From the NCBI RefSeq assembly GCF_016433145.1, contig NC_058132.1, positions 163,346,438 through 163,410,437 of the forward strand: DNA of 64,000 nt, given 5' to 3'. Below are positions 63,748 through 64,000 of this stretch, one piece after another. Origin of the DNA: Gracilinanus agilis (taxonomy: Eukaryota). The notes under the pieces were generated by a model. It worked only from the letters and a program-made list of their open reading frames with translations, was not told the origin of the DNA and did not search any database. The first letter of the stretch is position 1; every line of letters starts with the position of its first letter. The position numbers and the translations under genes were made by a program.

Positions 63748-64000
63748 ATAGCTATAAATATTTTTGTGCAAACTTTTTTTTTTTTATCTCTTTGGGGTAC
63801 AAATCCAGTAAGTAATGGTATAGTTGGATCAAAGAGCATACAATCTTTTAAAGCCCTTTGGGTATAATTCCAAATTGCCTTCCAGAATGGTTGGATCAAT
63901 TTGTTAACTGTGTGATTTATAGTGAGAGATGGTCCCAATTATTAGTTCATTGAATAATTGTGTTTAAGAGATAATAATCAGTAAGAATAATCAAGAAATG

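Larger units (their letters stand above)
61190..63900 (-). mobile_element. L1 3' end interrupted by two LTRs and a SINE
   Basis: L1 3' UTR motifs resume after each insertion. Confidence 0.8.

Overview
Marsupial genomic DNA, most likely opossum (Monodelphis-like, inferred from SINE1_Mdo-type SINEs). It is syntenic to the human 11q24 DDX25-PUS3-HYLS1-PATE region, in inverted orientation. The left third holds the first two coding exons of DDX25 (-), a complete PUS3 (+, 480 aa, four coding exons) and HYLS1 (-, 367 aa). HYLS1 is interleaved antisense with PUS3 and carries a five-copy ~16-aa repeat expansion. An intact, intronless RPS4 retrocopy (+, 263 aa) lies about 3 kb from the HYLS1 CpG-rich promoter and appears wired to it through a candidate 5'UTR intron. 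The right half contains two ~3-kb paralogous blocks, each holding a multi-exon PATE/ACRV1-like Ly6/uPAR three-finger gene that the ORF track misses. The copy at 56.5-57.6 kb is intact and the copy at 39.7-40.7 kb is a pseudogene. Their Ly6 exons are only ~61-65% identical (hand count), while the signal exons and an adjacent intron segment are ~96% identical. The rest is L2, CR1/L3, L1, SINEs, hAT MITEs, ERV/LTR remnants and a U6/L1 chimeric retrocopy. Gene names, family calls and comparisons with human sequences come from memory, not database searches. Repeat boundaries are approximate unless target-site duplications (TSDs) are quoted.
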